From positions 137,344 through 201,343 of the forward strand of contig JAEFAM010000001.1 of NCBI GenBank assembly GCA_016287565.1: a DNA stretch of 64,000 nucleotides. The letters are read 5' to 3'. Within the stretch, counting starts at the first letter, position 1, and each line of letters starts with the position of its first letter. Shown here one piece after another: positions 1 through 7,944 of this stretch. The notes beneath the pieces were generated by a model. That model saw only the letters and a program-made list of their open reading frames with translations, made no database searches and was not told where the DNA came from. A program made the translations under genes and the position numbers. Origin of the DNA: Clostridia bacterium (GTDB lineage: Bacteria > Bacillota > Clostridia > UBA1212 > UBA1255).

Positions 1-10
1 ATACACCTAC

Positions 11-41
11 AAAAAAAGCAGCCAAAAAGGCTGCTTTTTTT
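11..41. terminator. Intrinsic terminator hairpin (GCAGCC-aaaaa-GGCTGC) flanked by an A-run and a T-run. It could act bidirectionally.
   Basis: Perfect 6-bp stem at 18-23/29-34 followed by TTTTTTT (35-41), preceded by AAAAAAA. Confidence 0.55.
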
Positions 42-127
42 GTGCCGCAAATCCACCAAAGCCATCAAGATTTGCGGCGCCCGTGGCGCGAATGAAACAA
101 GACCCGGCACCGCGGGCAAGGGGAGCT

Positions 128-175
128 TGTGGATTCGAACCTCGACCGGGTGCGAATAGTCCCTTAACATACCAA
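128..175 (+). repeat. Copy 1 of a conserved hairpin motif (GTGGATTYGAACC...GGGTG...GCGAAT...CCTTAAC). Its reverse complement carries a tRNA T-arm-like GGTTCGAATCC, but it does not fold as a tRNA.
   Basis: Close sequence similarity to 2461-2512. The ATTCG/CGAAT inverted repeat is visible. Attempted cloverleaf folding on both strands failed. Confidence 0.4.
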
Positions 176-192
176 AAGCGGGTGGCTATAAT
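164..192 (+). promoter_or_regulatory. Putative sigma-A promoter for CDS 219-677 (-35 TTAACA 164-169, 17-bp spacer, -10 TATAAT 187-192).
   Basis: Hexamers read directly from the sequence. Located about 27 nt upstream of the start codon. Confidence 0.45.
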
Positions 193-218
193 AATACACG
201 TGGTCAACGGGGAGGGAA

Positions 219-677
219 ATGATCGTGGAGCTCGGAAGGAAGATAGCGGACTTGAGAAACAACGTTAATATGTCTCAGCAGACGCTGGCCGAGCTTCTGT
301 TTGTTTCGCGAGACCTGGTCTCCAAGTGGGAGAACGGGAGCAGACGGCCGGATTATACGACGATCGAAAAGTTGGCGGCCATATTCCGGGTGAGCGCGGA
401 CGAAATTGTCAGCAAAAACGACGTGACTTTTAAAGAGCTTGCGGAATGCGTTGATGATGAAACTGAATTGACCGAAGAAGAACTTGCCGGACTGCTGAAT
501 GGATTTTTGGCGGGATTGACCGAAAAAGAAGCGGATATTTTCATGAAACGATATTATTTTTTGATGTCAGCCCCTGAGATCGCGTCGGAATACCGGCTCA
601 GGGATAATCACGTCCGCAGCATTCTGTCCAAGACCCGGAAGAAACTCAAACGATACGTCAGGGAGGCGCTGAACTGA
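219..677 (+). CDS. Small transcription factor: N-terminal XRE/Cro-type HTH fused to a sigma-70 region-4-like C-terminal domain.
   Basis: N-terminus MSQQTLAELLFVSRDLVSKWENGSRRP is the XRE HTH signature. C-terminus TEKEADIFMKRYYFLMSAPEIASEYRLRDNHVRSILSKTRKKLKRY is an ECF sigma region-4-like HTH. GGAGGG lies upstream. The stop overlaps the next start (TGAGATG). Confidence 0.8.
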   Translation: MIVELGRKIADLRNNVNMSQQTLAELLFVSRDLVSKWENGSRRPDYTTIEKLAAIFRVSADEIVSKNDVTFKELAECVDDETELTEEELAGLLNGFLAGLTEKEADIFMKRYYFLMSAPEIASEYRLRDNHVRSILSKTRKKLKRYVREALN

Positions 678-678
678 G

Positions 679-2352
679 ATGAACGGGGAAAAACTGTTTA
701 ATGCGATTACAAAAGTAAACAGTAAATTTATTGACCGCGCCGCTTCAGCCGGAGAAAACGGCATCAATACCGAAACGAAAAGCAGTGCATCCCGCAGTTG
801 GGGCAGCGGCAGGTTCAGGATGCGGCCGGCGTTGGCCGTGGAGGCATTAATCATTTTTATCGCCGTGATCGCGACGATTGTCGCCTTTGTCGCTAAAAAA
901 CAGCGTGGCGAGAGGGTCAATACGCAGCCGACAGATGGAGACGTCACGACGCTCGCCGCGGAAACCACGCCTACCCCCGCGCCGCCGGCCGTCGATCTGG
1001 TCAACGTCAGCCAGCTGATCGGAGACGACCAGCTGGGCAGGGGACTGCTATGGGGCTCAAGAGATAAACACCTGGCTGAGCTGTATGAAGCGTTGTTTGC
1101 CGCCGGCGAGGCGGGCAACACTGGGCCGCTTTATTACGGGTATCCCGTCCTGGATTACAGCCTGCTGGAAAGGATCACCTTTAACGAGGATTACGGATAC
1201 GACGTGAGCAATTTCTTTGAAGAGAAAACGCCGCGGGAAATCGAAGGGCTCGCAAGGGTCTATGTTTGTAAATATCACGGAGAGTTCGATATGATACTTG
1301 CCGGCGGATCGATCTATTATACGCTTGACCGGGCGGAACTAAAGGTCGGTTCGGCAGTACCGTTTGATTACGATAATAACGGCGTCAACGATATCCTGCT
1401 CATGTTTGGTCAGAGGCCATCGCCTTTTTCCGATTTCATAGAGAACGATCCGGATGCGCTTTACTGGAGAGGTTATTACGTACTGGATATGGCCAGGGGT
1501 GAACTGGTGGAGATCTGCTCTGTTACCGCGCCACTCGAACTGCCTTATATACTCAACAGCGGCGGAAAATGCTATATTTATCTGGATTCCAGCCAGATGG
1601 GCGGCGAAGTGAAGTTTGAGGGCGAGCGCTTTACTATCGGCGGAACAGAACCGGAGATATTCGTGAAAGCGATGTATGAAACGCGGCCTGAGCAATTGCC
1701 TTCGGATAAAATTACGGTAAACGCCACGCCCGCGCCCACTGCGGTGCCGCCGACGGAGAAACCGTATGAGGAGTTGCCGACGATGCCTCCGACGGAAGCA
1801 CCGACCGGCCCTACGCCCATCCCGTGGGATGATCCGAACAGCGTTCAGGGGATTGCCGACCACAATTTCTTTATCGAGGTCTGTCAAGAGGGCAGAAATA
1901 TTTCAGGACCGGATTTCAAAGAAGAGTTTTATTATTTTGACGGCAATGAAATGAAAACTTTCAAGTGGTCGCTCGATGCTCAAATCGAAGAAACAATGAT
2001 GCAGATCACTAGAGATATTAAAGAAAAACGTGAATTTTACGCGTATATCAGCGCGGGAAAAGATTTTTCGGTGGCCCACGTGACTGGCGGCGAGATAATT
2101 TCCGTAGATGTTTACGCGGTCAATAACGCGGAAAACTGGGAGCAACTTACGTTCGACCGGGTGGCGACCGGGCTCAGCGAGTCCGAGTTTATGGAGTATG
2201 CCGCGTCGTCAATGCCTTTCCGTCAGGGTTCAAACGGTGAGCTGCTGCCGTGCTTTGCTGTTTTCCACACTGGCATAAACGGTCAATTTATCTCCGCTGC
2301 CGGTGAGTACGAGCGCGTGATCAAGAGCAGTTTAGTAACTTTCGTGCCGTGA
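679..2352 (+). CDS. Membrane-anchored protein (single TM near residue 60, large extracytoplasmic domain with Pro/Thr-rich linkers). Translationally coupled to the regulator. Anti-sigma/sensor-like partner.
   Basis: TM segment ALAVEALIIFIAVIATIVAFVA. PT-rich linkers (TTPTPAPPA, TPAPTAVPPTEKP...PTEAPTGPTP). Start overlaps the upstream stop. Confidence 0.7.
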   Translation: MNGEKLFNAITKVNSKFIDRAASAGENGINTETKSSASRSWGSGRFRMRPALAVEALIIFIAVIATIVAFVAKKQRGERVNTQPTDGDVTTLAAETTPTPAPPAVDLVNVSQLIGDDQLGRGLLWGSRDKHLAELYEALFAAGEAGNTGPLYYGYPVLDYSLLERITFNEDYGYDVSNFFEEKTPREIEGLARVYVCKYHGEFDMILAGGSIYYTLDRAELKVGSAVPFDYDNNGVNDILLMFGQRPSPFSDFIENDPDALYWRGYYVLDMARGELVEICSVTAPLELPYILNSGGKCYIYLDSSQMGGEVKFEGERFTIGGTEPEIFVKAMYETRPEQLPSDKITVNATPAPTAVPPTEKPYEELPTMPPTEAPTGPTPIPWDDPNSVQGIADHNFFIEVCQEGRNISGPDFKEEFYYFDGNEMKTFKWSLDAQIEETMMQITRDIKEKREFYAYISAGKDFSVAHVTGGEIISVDVYAVNNAENWEQLTFDRVATGLSESEFMEYAASSMPFRQGSNGELLPCFAVFHTGINGQFISAAGEYERVIKSSLVTFVP

Positions 2353-2392
2353 GCCTTTTTGTGCGTTGCGGAATGCCTCGAAGAATGATATA

Positions 2393-2447
2393 AAACAGGG
2401 GACTGTTCAGCTGCCTGAAAACAGGTTTTTGAACAGCCCCTTTTTTG
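2393..2447 (+). terminator. Strong intrinsic terminator after the 679-2352 CDS.
   Basis: GGGGACTGTTCAG ... TTGAACAGCCCC stem of about 12 bp with one bulge, followed by TTTTTT. Confidence 0.7.
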
Positions 2448-2460
2448 CGTATAACGCGAA

Positions 2461-2512
2461 GTGGATTTGAACCGGGTGTTAGCGAATCCACAATCTCCCA
2501 TCCTTAACTTAT
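2461..2512 (+). repeat. Copy 2 of the hairpin motif (GTGGATTTGAACCGGGTGTTAGCGAATCCAC...CCTTAAC).
   Basis: Perfect 7-bp stem GTGGATT/AATCCAC. Shares GTGGATTYGAACC, GGGTG, GCGAAT and CCTTAAC with copy 1. Confidence 0.4.
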
Positions 2513-2570
2513 ATCTTTTGCAACAAGCCCAAACAAAAAACTCTACCCGCTCCCGTTTCGCGAAAACCGG

Positions 2571-2599
2571 TTGACTTGCCGCGATCGTCCGTATATAAT
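2571..2599 (+). promoter_or_regulatory. Putative sigma-A promoter for the NPCBM/GH36-like operon (-35 TTGACT, 17 bp, -10 TATAAT).
   Basis: Near-consensus hexamers at 2571-2576 and 2594-2599, about 55 nt upstream of the RBS GGAGG. Confidence 0.55.
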
Positions 2600-2654
2600 G
2601 CAAATGTTATCGGTAACATTTTCAAAACCCAAACAAAAGCGGAGGATCGTGACT

Positions 2655-4415
2655 ATGAAAAAGGGACACACGTCGACTCTCGTATCGACTCTCGTATTGG
2701 CGCTGACACTTGCTTTAACGCTTTTATTCAGCCTGTTGCCCGGCACGGCAGTAAATGCCGCGGAGGAGCAGAACGCCGAGCTGTTTCTGAGCGATCTGAC
2801 TCCGGTCAGCACCGCGCCGGTGGGAAAAGTTGACCCCAATACCGGGGCGCCGGTGGCAGGCTACACCGCGGATTCCGTCATCAACCGCTTTAACGGTTCA
2901 GGCAACACGCTTGTCCTCAACGGCCGGACGTACGAAAAAGGCATAGGCCTCGTTCCGTACGGAGACGATACGAGCGGGCAGGCAGGTTATATAAACGCAG
3001 AAGCCGTTTTCGACATCTCAGGTTACAGCAGCACGTATGACGTGTTTCTGGCAACGGTAGGAAGGCGCGACTGGCCGGAAGATCCGGGACCATACGTGTA
3101 CAGCATGGTCTGCCGGATATACGTCGACAACGTTCTCGCCGCGGAAAGTCCTTCACTCAATTTCGGAGAAGTGTACGAGGCGAAAGTCAGCATCAAGGGC
3201 GCCAAAGAGTTAAAACTGGTCACCACCTGCGGTACGGATACGTACCATTACGACTGTTCGGTATGGGGCAACGCACGGCTGGCCGCCGATAAATCATTCG
3301 CCCCGTCTTCCATAGAATTCACTTCGTTCCCGGCAAAGTCGATCTATGCCGTGGGCGAAGCGCTGAATATGAGCGGAGGCTCGATCACCGTAAAATATTC
3401 CGACGGCAGCACCGCGCAATTGCCTATGTTAGATACCATGTTGACCGGCTACGATCCGCAAACCACAGGCAAACAGCAGCTTGCGATCTCATATTTAGGC
3501 CATCAGGAAGAGTGGATCGTCACGGTGGCAGATCTGGTGTATCTGAGCGATATTGCCCCTAAATCCCTGAATATTCTGGAAAACGAAGTAGATACTTTCG
3601 GCGTCGATACGACCTCGAAGGGCAGCCCGATAATCATAAACGAGATCGATTACAAAAAAGGGTTCGGCGTGCATCCCTTTGAAGACGCTTCCGCGGAGAT
3701 AGAATATGACATCAGCGCGTACAGCGGCGAATACAATATCTTTTACGCGGTGGCGGGCAAGGATAAAACTACCGGCGAGCCCGGTTCCTTCGTGAAAGTG
3801 TACGTTTACGTTGACGGCGTCCAGGCGGCAGAATCGGACTATCTGACGTACGGCGACGAGTTCGTTATTGCCATAGATATTTCCGGCGGGTCAACGCTTC
3901 TGATTGAAGTTTCGCCGACGGAAGACGGCTATCACTGGGACAGCACCTGCTTCGGCGACGCCATGCTGCTAAAGTCGGCAATAGAGAAAAAGGAACTGGA
4001 ACTGCCGGAAAAACTGGAATATGAGAAAGGAAAACTGCTCAACCTCTCCGGCGGGGCGATCGTTTATCATTACGACAACGGTATCGTTTCCCGCGTTCCG
4101 CTGACGGACGAAATGGTGAAGGGATTTGACAAAGATACTGCCGGTACTCAGACGCTCACGGTGGAATACGGCGGCGAAACGGTTTCTTTCGAAGTGACCG
4201 TAAAAGAACCGGAGCCCGATCCCACCGCGCCGCCCACCGCCGAACCGAAAAAGACGGCAGATCCGTCCGAAGCCGGCAATACAGACGCGCCGGACCGCAG
4301 GACCGGCGGCAAAAACAGCTGGATCGCGCCTGTTATTATTGCAGCCGCCGCCATATGTGTTATAATTATTGCCGTCACAGTGATACTGAAAAAGAGCCGC
4401 AAACAGGGGAAATAA
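2655..4415 (+). CDS. Secreted, C-terminally membrane-anchored carbohydrate-binding surface protein with two NPCBM-like domains and Ig-like domains.
   Basis: Signal peptide MKKGHTSTLVSTLVLALTLALTLLFSLLPGTAVNA. Duplicated KGIGLVPYGDD.../KGFGVHPFED... modules typical of NPCBM. C-terminal hydrophobic anchor IAPVIIAAAAICVIIIAVTVILKKSRK. Strong RBS GGAGGA. Confidence 0.8.
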   Translation: MKKGHTSTLVSTLVLALTLALTLLFSLLPGTAVNAAEEQNAELFLSDLTPVSTAPVGKVDPNTGAPVAGYTADSVINRFNGSGNTLVLNGRTYEKGIGLVPYGDDTSGQAGYINAEAVFDISGYSSTYDVFLATVGRRDWPEDPGPYVYSMVCRIYVDNVLAAESPSLNFGEVYEAKVSIKGAKELKLVTTCGTDTYHYDCSVWGNARLAADKSFAPSSIEFTSFPAKSIYAVGEALNMSGGSITVKYSDGSTAQLPMLDTMLTGYDPQTTGKQQLAISYLGHQEEWIVTVADLVYLSDIAPKSLNILENEVDTFGVDTTSKGSPIIINEIDYKKGFGVHPFEDASAEIEYDISAYSGEYNIFYAVAGKDKTTGEPGSFVKVYVYVDGVQAAESDYLTYGDEFVIAIDISGGSTLLIEVSPTEDGYHWDSTCFGDAMLLKSAIEKKELELPEKLEYEKGKLLNLSGGAIVYHYDNGIVSRVPLTDEMVKGFDKDTAGTQTLTVEYGGETVSFEVTVKEPEPDPTAPPTAEPKKTADPSEAGNTDAPDRRTGGKNSWIAPVIIAAAAICVIIIAVTVILKKSRKQGK

Positions 4416-4417
4416 AA

Positions 4418-6541
4418 ATGGACAGATACAGATCAAAAAGGAGGATCATTTCTGTTATGCTGACGTCAACGCTAATTGCCGGCGCATTCGGCTGCGCCGA
4501 TTCGGGGAAAAGCGGGTCGAACGGTTATAAACCGTATTCCTATCAGTATTCGGACGTTTCCGCCGGACTGAATCCGTCGCAGGAAAAGAAAGAAGCGGTC
4601 GTCAACGAATATGAAGGCTTTCTCCGGGATCTTTCTGCGTTGCCGGTCTCTTTCTCCTTCGAAGGAAAAGAATACAAAGGCTTTAACGACAGTTTTAAAG
4701 AGATCGGCCGCGAGACCAGGGACGAAGGAGAGAAGATCGCCACCGATATCGTCCTCAAAAAAGGAGCGCTGGAGGTCAGGATAGATATGGCGGTCTATCC
4801 GAACTATTGCGCGTATGAATGGACGGTTTATTTTACAAATACAGGCAGCGACCGGATCGGTCCCCTTGAGGGAGTCAATTCTGCGGATATATCCTTCGGC
4901 GGAAAGGATCCGTATATTTTTGCCAACGCAGGCGATTATCAGCTGGATCCCGTAACAAAAGCAGAATCGGTAAGATATAATCCATACACCGTTGACCTTG
5001 CCGAGCAGCCTGTATTCGAACAGATCCAGCCTACGGGCCGTTCTTCCGAAGGCGGATTTCCGTATTATAACCTGCAGTACGGCGACGGCGGCGTGATCCT
5101 CGCGATCGGCTGGCCCGGTTCCTGGTTCTCGCGCTTCGATGCTTCTGCAGATGCCGTACGTTTTACCGCGGGACAGGCGCACCTGAACACGTATATCGAC
5201 CCGGGCGAAACGGTAAGGCTGCCGCTGATGGCGTTCGTGTATTACGAAGGCAGGGATATTGACGCGTCAATGAATCTCTGGAGGCACTGGTTTATCGACT
5301 GCAACATGCCGCGGATAAACGGTCAACTTATCAAGCCCATGACGTCCGCCACGTCCGCCACGTATATCAATCTGGCCAGGACTACGGAGAAGGAAGAGGT
5401 CAACGTCCTGAACAAGTACCTGAAAAACGATATTCCCCTCGATTCCTACTGGCTTGACGCCGGCTGGTACTTTAAAACGGGGACAGAGTCCGTTTCCGAA
5501 TGGCTCGAGACCGGCAACTGGAAAGTCGACATTGGCCGTTTCCCCACGGAATTCCAGGCTATTTCGGATATTACCGCGGCGCACGGCATGGACTTTATCG
5601 TGTGGTTCGAGCCGGAGCTGGTCCGGATAAGCAATTCCTGCCTTGACCCGGACGGAATGAAGCCCGAGTGGATCCTGGGCGAAGACGGCACCTGGCGTAT
5701 AGCGAATCTGGGCGAACCCGGGCTGGTAGACTGGGTGTTTGAAAGATTGTCCTCGATAATCGAAAAAGGCGGCGTGACCGTCTACCGTCAGGATTACGGC
5801 ACGGGAAATCCGCTGGGCAACTGGCTGGCGAACGACTCAGCGGATCGCGTCGGAATGACGGAAAACAAGTACGTTCAGGGCTATCTCGAACTTTGGGACA
5901 GGCTGCTTGAACGGTTTCCTAATATGTTTATCGACACCTGCGCTTCCGGCGGCGGGAGGCTCGATCTGGAAACGCTGAGGCGCTCAGTGCCCCTGCACAA
6001 AACCGACTACGATTACGGCGACGTCGACACCAAGCAGTCGATGCATCAGGCGCTTTTCCAGTGGATCCCGTATTTCGGCACGGTGACAACGATAGGACGG
6101 CTGGACTTTACGTCCTATTTCCTGCGGTCGAGCTACTGCTGCTTCCTGGCCGACGGCAACGACACCCGCTACAGCAAATTCGACTGGAGCGCACTGCGCC
6201 GGGCTTTCGATGAATTTCACAGCATAAAAGACTATTATTATTGCGATTATTATCCGCTTACCGAGTGGAATTACGGCCTTACCGAATGGCGTGGCTGGGA
6301 GTTTGTCGACCCCGGAACGCAGTCCGGCTTTATCCAGCTGTTCTGCCCGGAAAAATGCAAAACGCTTACGTACGTAGCGAAACTTTCGGGACTGAAGCCG
6401 GACGCCGTATATCTGTTGACCGACGCCGACGGAAACCTGACCTGCAGCAAGAGCGGCAGGGAACTGATGGAGAGCGGATTGACGGTATCGGTGCCCGAAA
6501 GCAGGACGTCGGTGTTTATAACGTTTAAAAAAGAAGGCTAA
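4418..6541 (+). CDS. Lipoprotein glycoside hydrolase, GH36-like (clan GH-D alpha-galactosidase/alpha-GalNAcase superfamily).
   Basis: Lipobox LIAGAFGC. YWLDAGWY, FIVWFEPE, YRQDYG (nucleophile-region-like) and CASGGGRLD (GH36 acid/base-region-like CSGGGGR) motifs. Separated from the upstream gene by 3 nt. Confidence 0.75.
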   Translation: MDRYRSKRRIISVMLTSTLIAGAFGCADSGKSGSNGYKPYSYQYSDVSAGLNPSQEKKEAVVNEYEGFLRDLSALPVSFSFEGKEYKGFNDSFKEIGRETRDEGEKIATDIVLKKGALEVRIDMAVYPNYCAYEWTVYFTNTGSDRIGPLEGVNSADISFGGKDPYIFANAGDYQLDPVTKAESVRYNPYTVDLAEQPVFEQIQPTGRSSEGGFPYYNLQYGDGGVILAIGWPGSWFSRFDASADAVRFTAGQAHLNTYIDPGETVRLPLMAFVYYEGRDIDASMNLWRHWFIDCNMPRINGQLIKPMTSATSATYINLARTTEKEEVNVLNKYLKNDIPLDSYWLDAGWYFKTGTESVSEWLETGNWKVDIGRFPTEFQAISDITAAHGMDFIVWFEPELVRISNSCLDPDGMKPEWILGEDGTWRIANLGEPGLVDWVFERLSSIIEKGGVTVYRQDYGTGNPLGNWLANDSADRVGMTENKYVQGYLELWDRLLERFPNMFIDTCASGGGRLDLETLRRSVPLHKTDYDYGDVDTKQSMHQALFQWIPYFGTVTTIGRLDFTSYFLRSSYCCFLADGNDTRYSKFDWSALRRAFDEFHSIKDYYYCDYYPLTEWNYGLTEWRGWEFVDPGTQSGFIQLFCPEKCKTLTYVAKLSGLKPDAVYLLTDADGNLTCSKSGRELMESGLTVSVPESRTSVFITFKKEG

Positions 6542-6587
6542 AGCGCGCCGAGAATTGACAATACCGGGGTTCTTTGATACTATTTTG

Positions 6588-6620
6588 CCGTTGCCGCCGA
6601 TGCAGACGGCAACGGTTTTT
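6588..6620 (+). terminator. Intrinsic terminator after the GH36-like gene.
   Basis: CCGTTGCCG...CGGCAACGG 9-bp stem followed by TTTTT. Confidence 0.65.
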
Positions 6621-6635
6621 GATGAGAGGAACAGC

Positions 6636-7721
6636 ATGAAAAGATCGACGATCTACGATATTGCCGAGAAGGCGGGCGTTTCGGTCACCACCGTAACACG
6701 CGCTTTTAAGAAGGACAGCAGTATTAAGCCGAAAACGAGAGAACGGATCCTTAAACTTGCGGAAGAGTTCAATTATACTCCGAGCATAAACGCCATCCGC
6801 CTCTCCAGGAAAGCGATCGTGATCGGCGCGATACTGGACACGTGCTCCGAAGAATTATATAAAGAATTAAAGAAGGGCCTGGAAGCTGCCCATAAAGAGC
6901 TGGCAGGGTTTAAGGTCGAACTGGAGATACGCAGCCTTCCGAAAGATATTGACGGTACGGATCTTTGCGAGAAATTTCTTGAAGAATTGCTCGATTCTGG
7001 AATACACGGACTTATATTGGCGCTTCAGGCATATTCGGAAAGTTTTATCCGGAAGCTCAACGACGCGGTAAACGAGGGGTTAAACCTGGTCCTGCTGATC
7101 AACGACTGCGACGTGATCCGCCAGTCGTTTCATATCCGTACGCAATCAATGCTTAGCGGGAGGGTCGCGGCCGAACTGCTCCGAAACAGTATCTCGGGCA
7201 ATGAAGTGGCAGTCTTCCTCGGCAACCGAAACGTTCCCGTTCACAAGGAGGCCATTGCGGGTTTTGAACAGGAAGCAAGAGCGTTAGGCCTCGTTGTCGC
7301 CGAAGTGTGCGATTTCAAAGAAAATCTGGAATTGTCCAGAAAGCAGGTCAAGGAAGTCGTCGGTAAACATCCCGGTCTCGGCGGCATATTCGTATCATCC
7401 GCCAATTCCGACGCCATTGTCGACGAGCTCGTGAAAAGCGGACTTGCGGGCGGCAGGATCAAGATCGTGACAACGGATCTGTATCCCCGGATAGCGGATC
7501 ATATCGAGAGCGGGGCAATATTGGCTACGATCTACAAAAACCCGTACCAGCAGGCCAAATCGTCTTTTGAATTGCTGTTCAAGCATATAAACGGTACGGC
7601 TGACGATCCGGATGACGTTTACGTCGTGCCTCAGGTCGTTATAAAGGGGAATCTGCCTGCTTATATGCGGGAGAGGGTTTCGCTTTTAGACGAATGCGGC
7701 GAACGCGGCGGAAATAATTGA
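6636..7721 (+). CDS. LacI-family transcriptional regulator.
   Basis: N-terminal MKRSTIYDIAEKAGVSVTTVTRAFK HTH_LacI signature followed by a periplasmic-binding-protein-like sugar-binding domain. The start was chosen downstream of the terminator. Confidence 0.85.
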   Translation: MKRSTIYDIAEKAGVSVTTVTRAFKKDSSIKPKTRERILKLAEEFNYTPSINAIRLSRKAIVIGAILDTCSEELYKELKKGLEAAHKELAGFKVELEIRSLPKDIDGTDLCEKFLEELLDSGIHGLILALQAYSESFIRKLNDAVNEGLNLVLLINDCDVIRQSFHIRTQSMLSGRVAAELLRNSISGNEVAVFLGNRNVPVHKEAIAGFEQEARALGLVVAEVCDFKENLELSRKQVKEVVGKHPGLGGIFVSSANSDAIVDELVKSGLAGGRIKIVTTDLYPRIADHIESGAILATIYKNPYQQAKSSFELLFKHINGTADDPDDVYVVPQVVIKGNLPAYMRERVSLLDECGERGGNN

Positions 7722-7825
7722 TTTGCGGAGCTGTTTTGATCGCAGGAGTTCGATTTTTGTCGTTCGGTTGACGATCTGAGATAGTAGATCAACCGGTCTT
7801 TTACCTGCCGTCCGCGTCATTTTTC

Positions 7826-7854
7826 TTGATTATACCTCGTAAATTTGGTACGAT
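7826..7854 (+). promoter_or_regulatory. Possible promoter of the giant surface-protein gene (-35 TTGATT, 17 bp, extended -10 TGgTACGAT).
   Basis: Hexamers read from the sequence. The -10 is a weak match. Confidence 0.3.
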
Positions 7855-7874
7855 ATCAATGGTGTATTGTGCCG

Positions 7875-7896
7875 TTGATCGATCCATATCGATCAA
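7875..7896. promoter_or_regulatory. Perfect palindrome TTGATCGAT-ccat-ATCGATCAA (9-bp arms) between the putative promoter and the giant gene. Candidate operator.
   Basis: Perfect inverted repeat read directly, about 50 bp upstream of ATG 7945 and immediately downstream of the LacI-family gene. Confidence 0.4.
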
Positions 7897-7944
7897 GACT
7901 ATTTTTGCTGCGGCGATGATTATTTAATAAAGAGGTAGAATATC

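Noticed and set aside
100-190. tRNA gene on the minus strand, suggested by GGTTCGAATCC T-loop-like sequences (also at 2461-2495).
   Set aside because: I wrote out the reverse complement and attempted cloverleaf folding. No acceptor-stem complement and no 5-bp T-stem are present. It is treated as a T-arm-like motif or remnant, not a tRNA.
83-268. 61-aa + strand ORF overlapping the promoter and hairpin region.
   Set aside because: No RBS. Arg/Pro/Gly-rich translation. It overlaps the predicted promoter and the regulator start.
6555-6635. Longer LacI-family ORF starting at 6555.
   Set aside because: The extension overlaps a clear intrinsic terminator (6588-6620). The canonical HTH_LacI N-terminus starts at M 6636.
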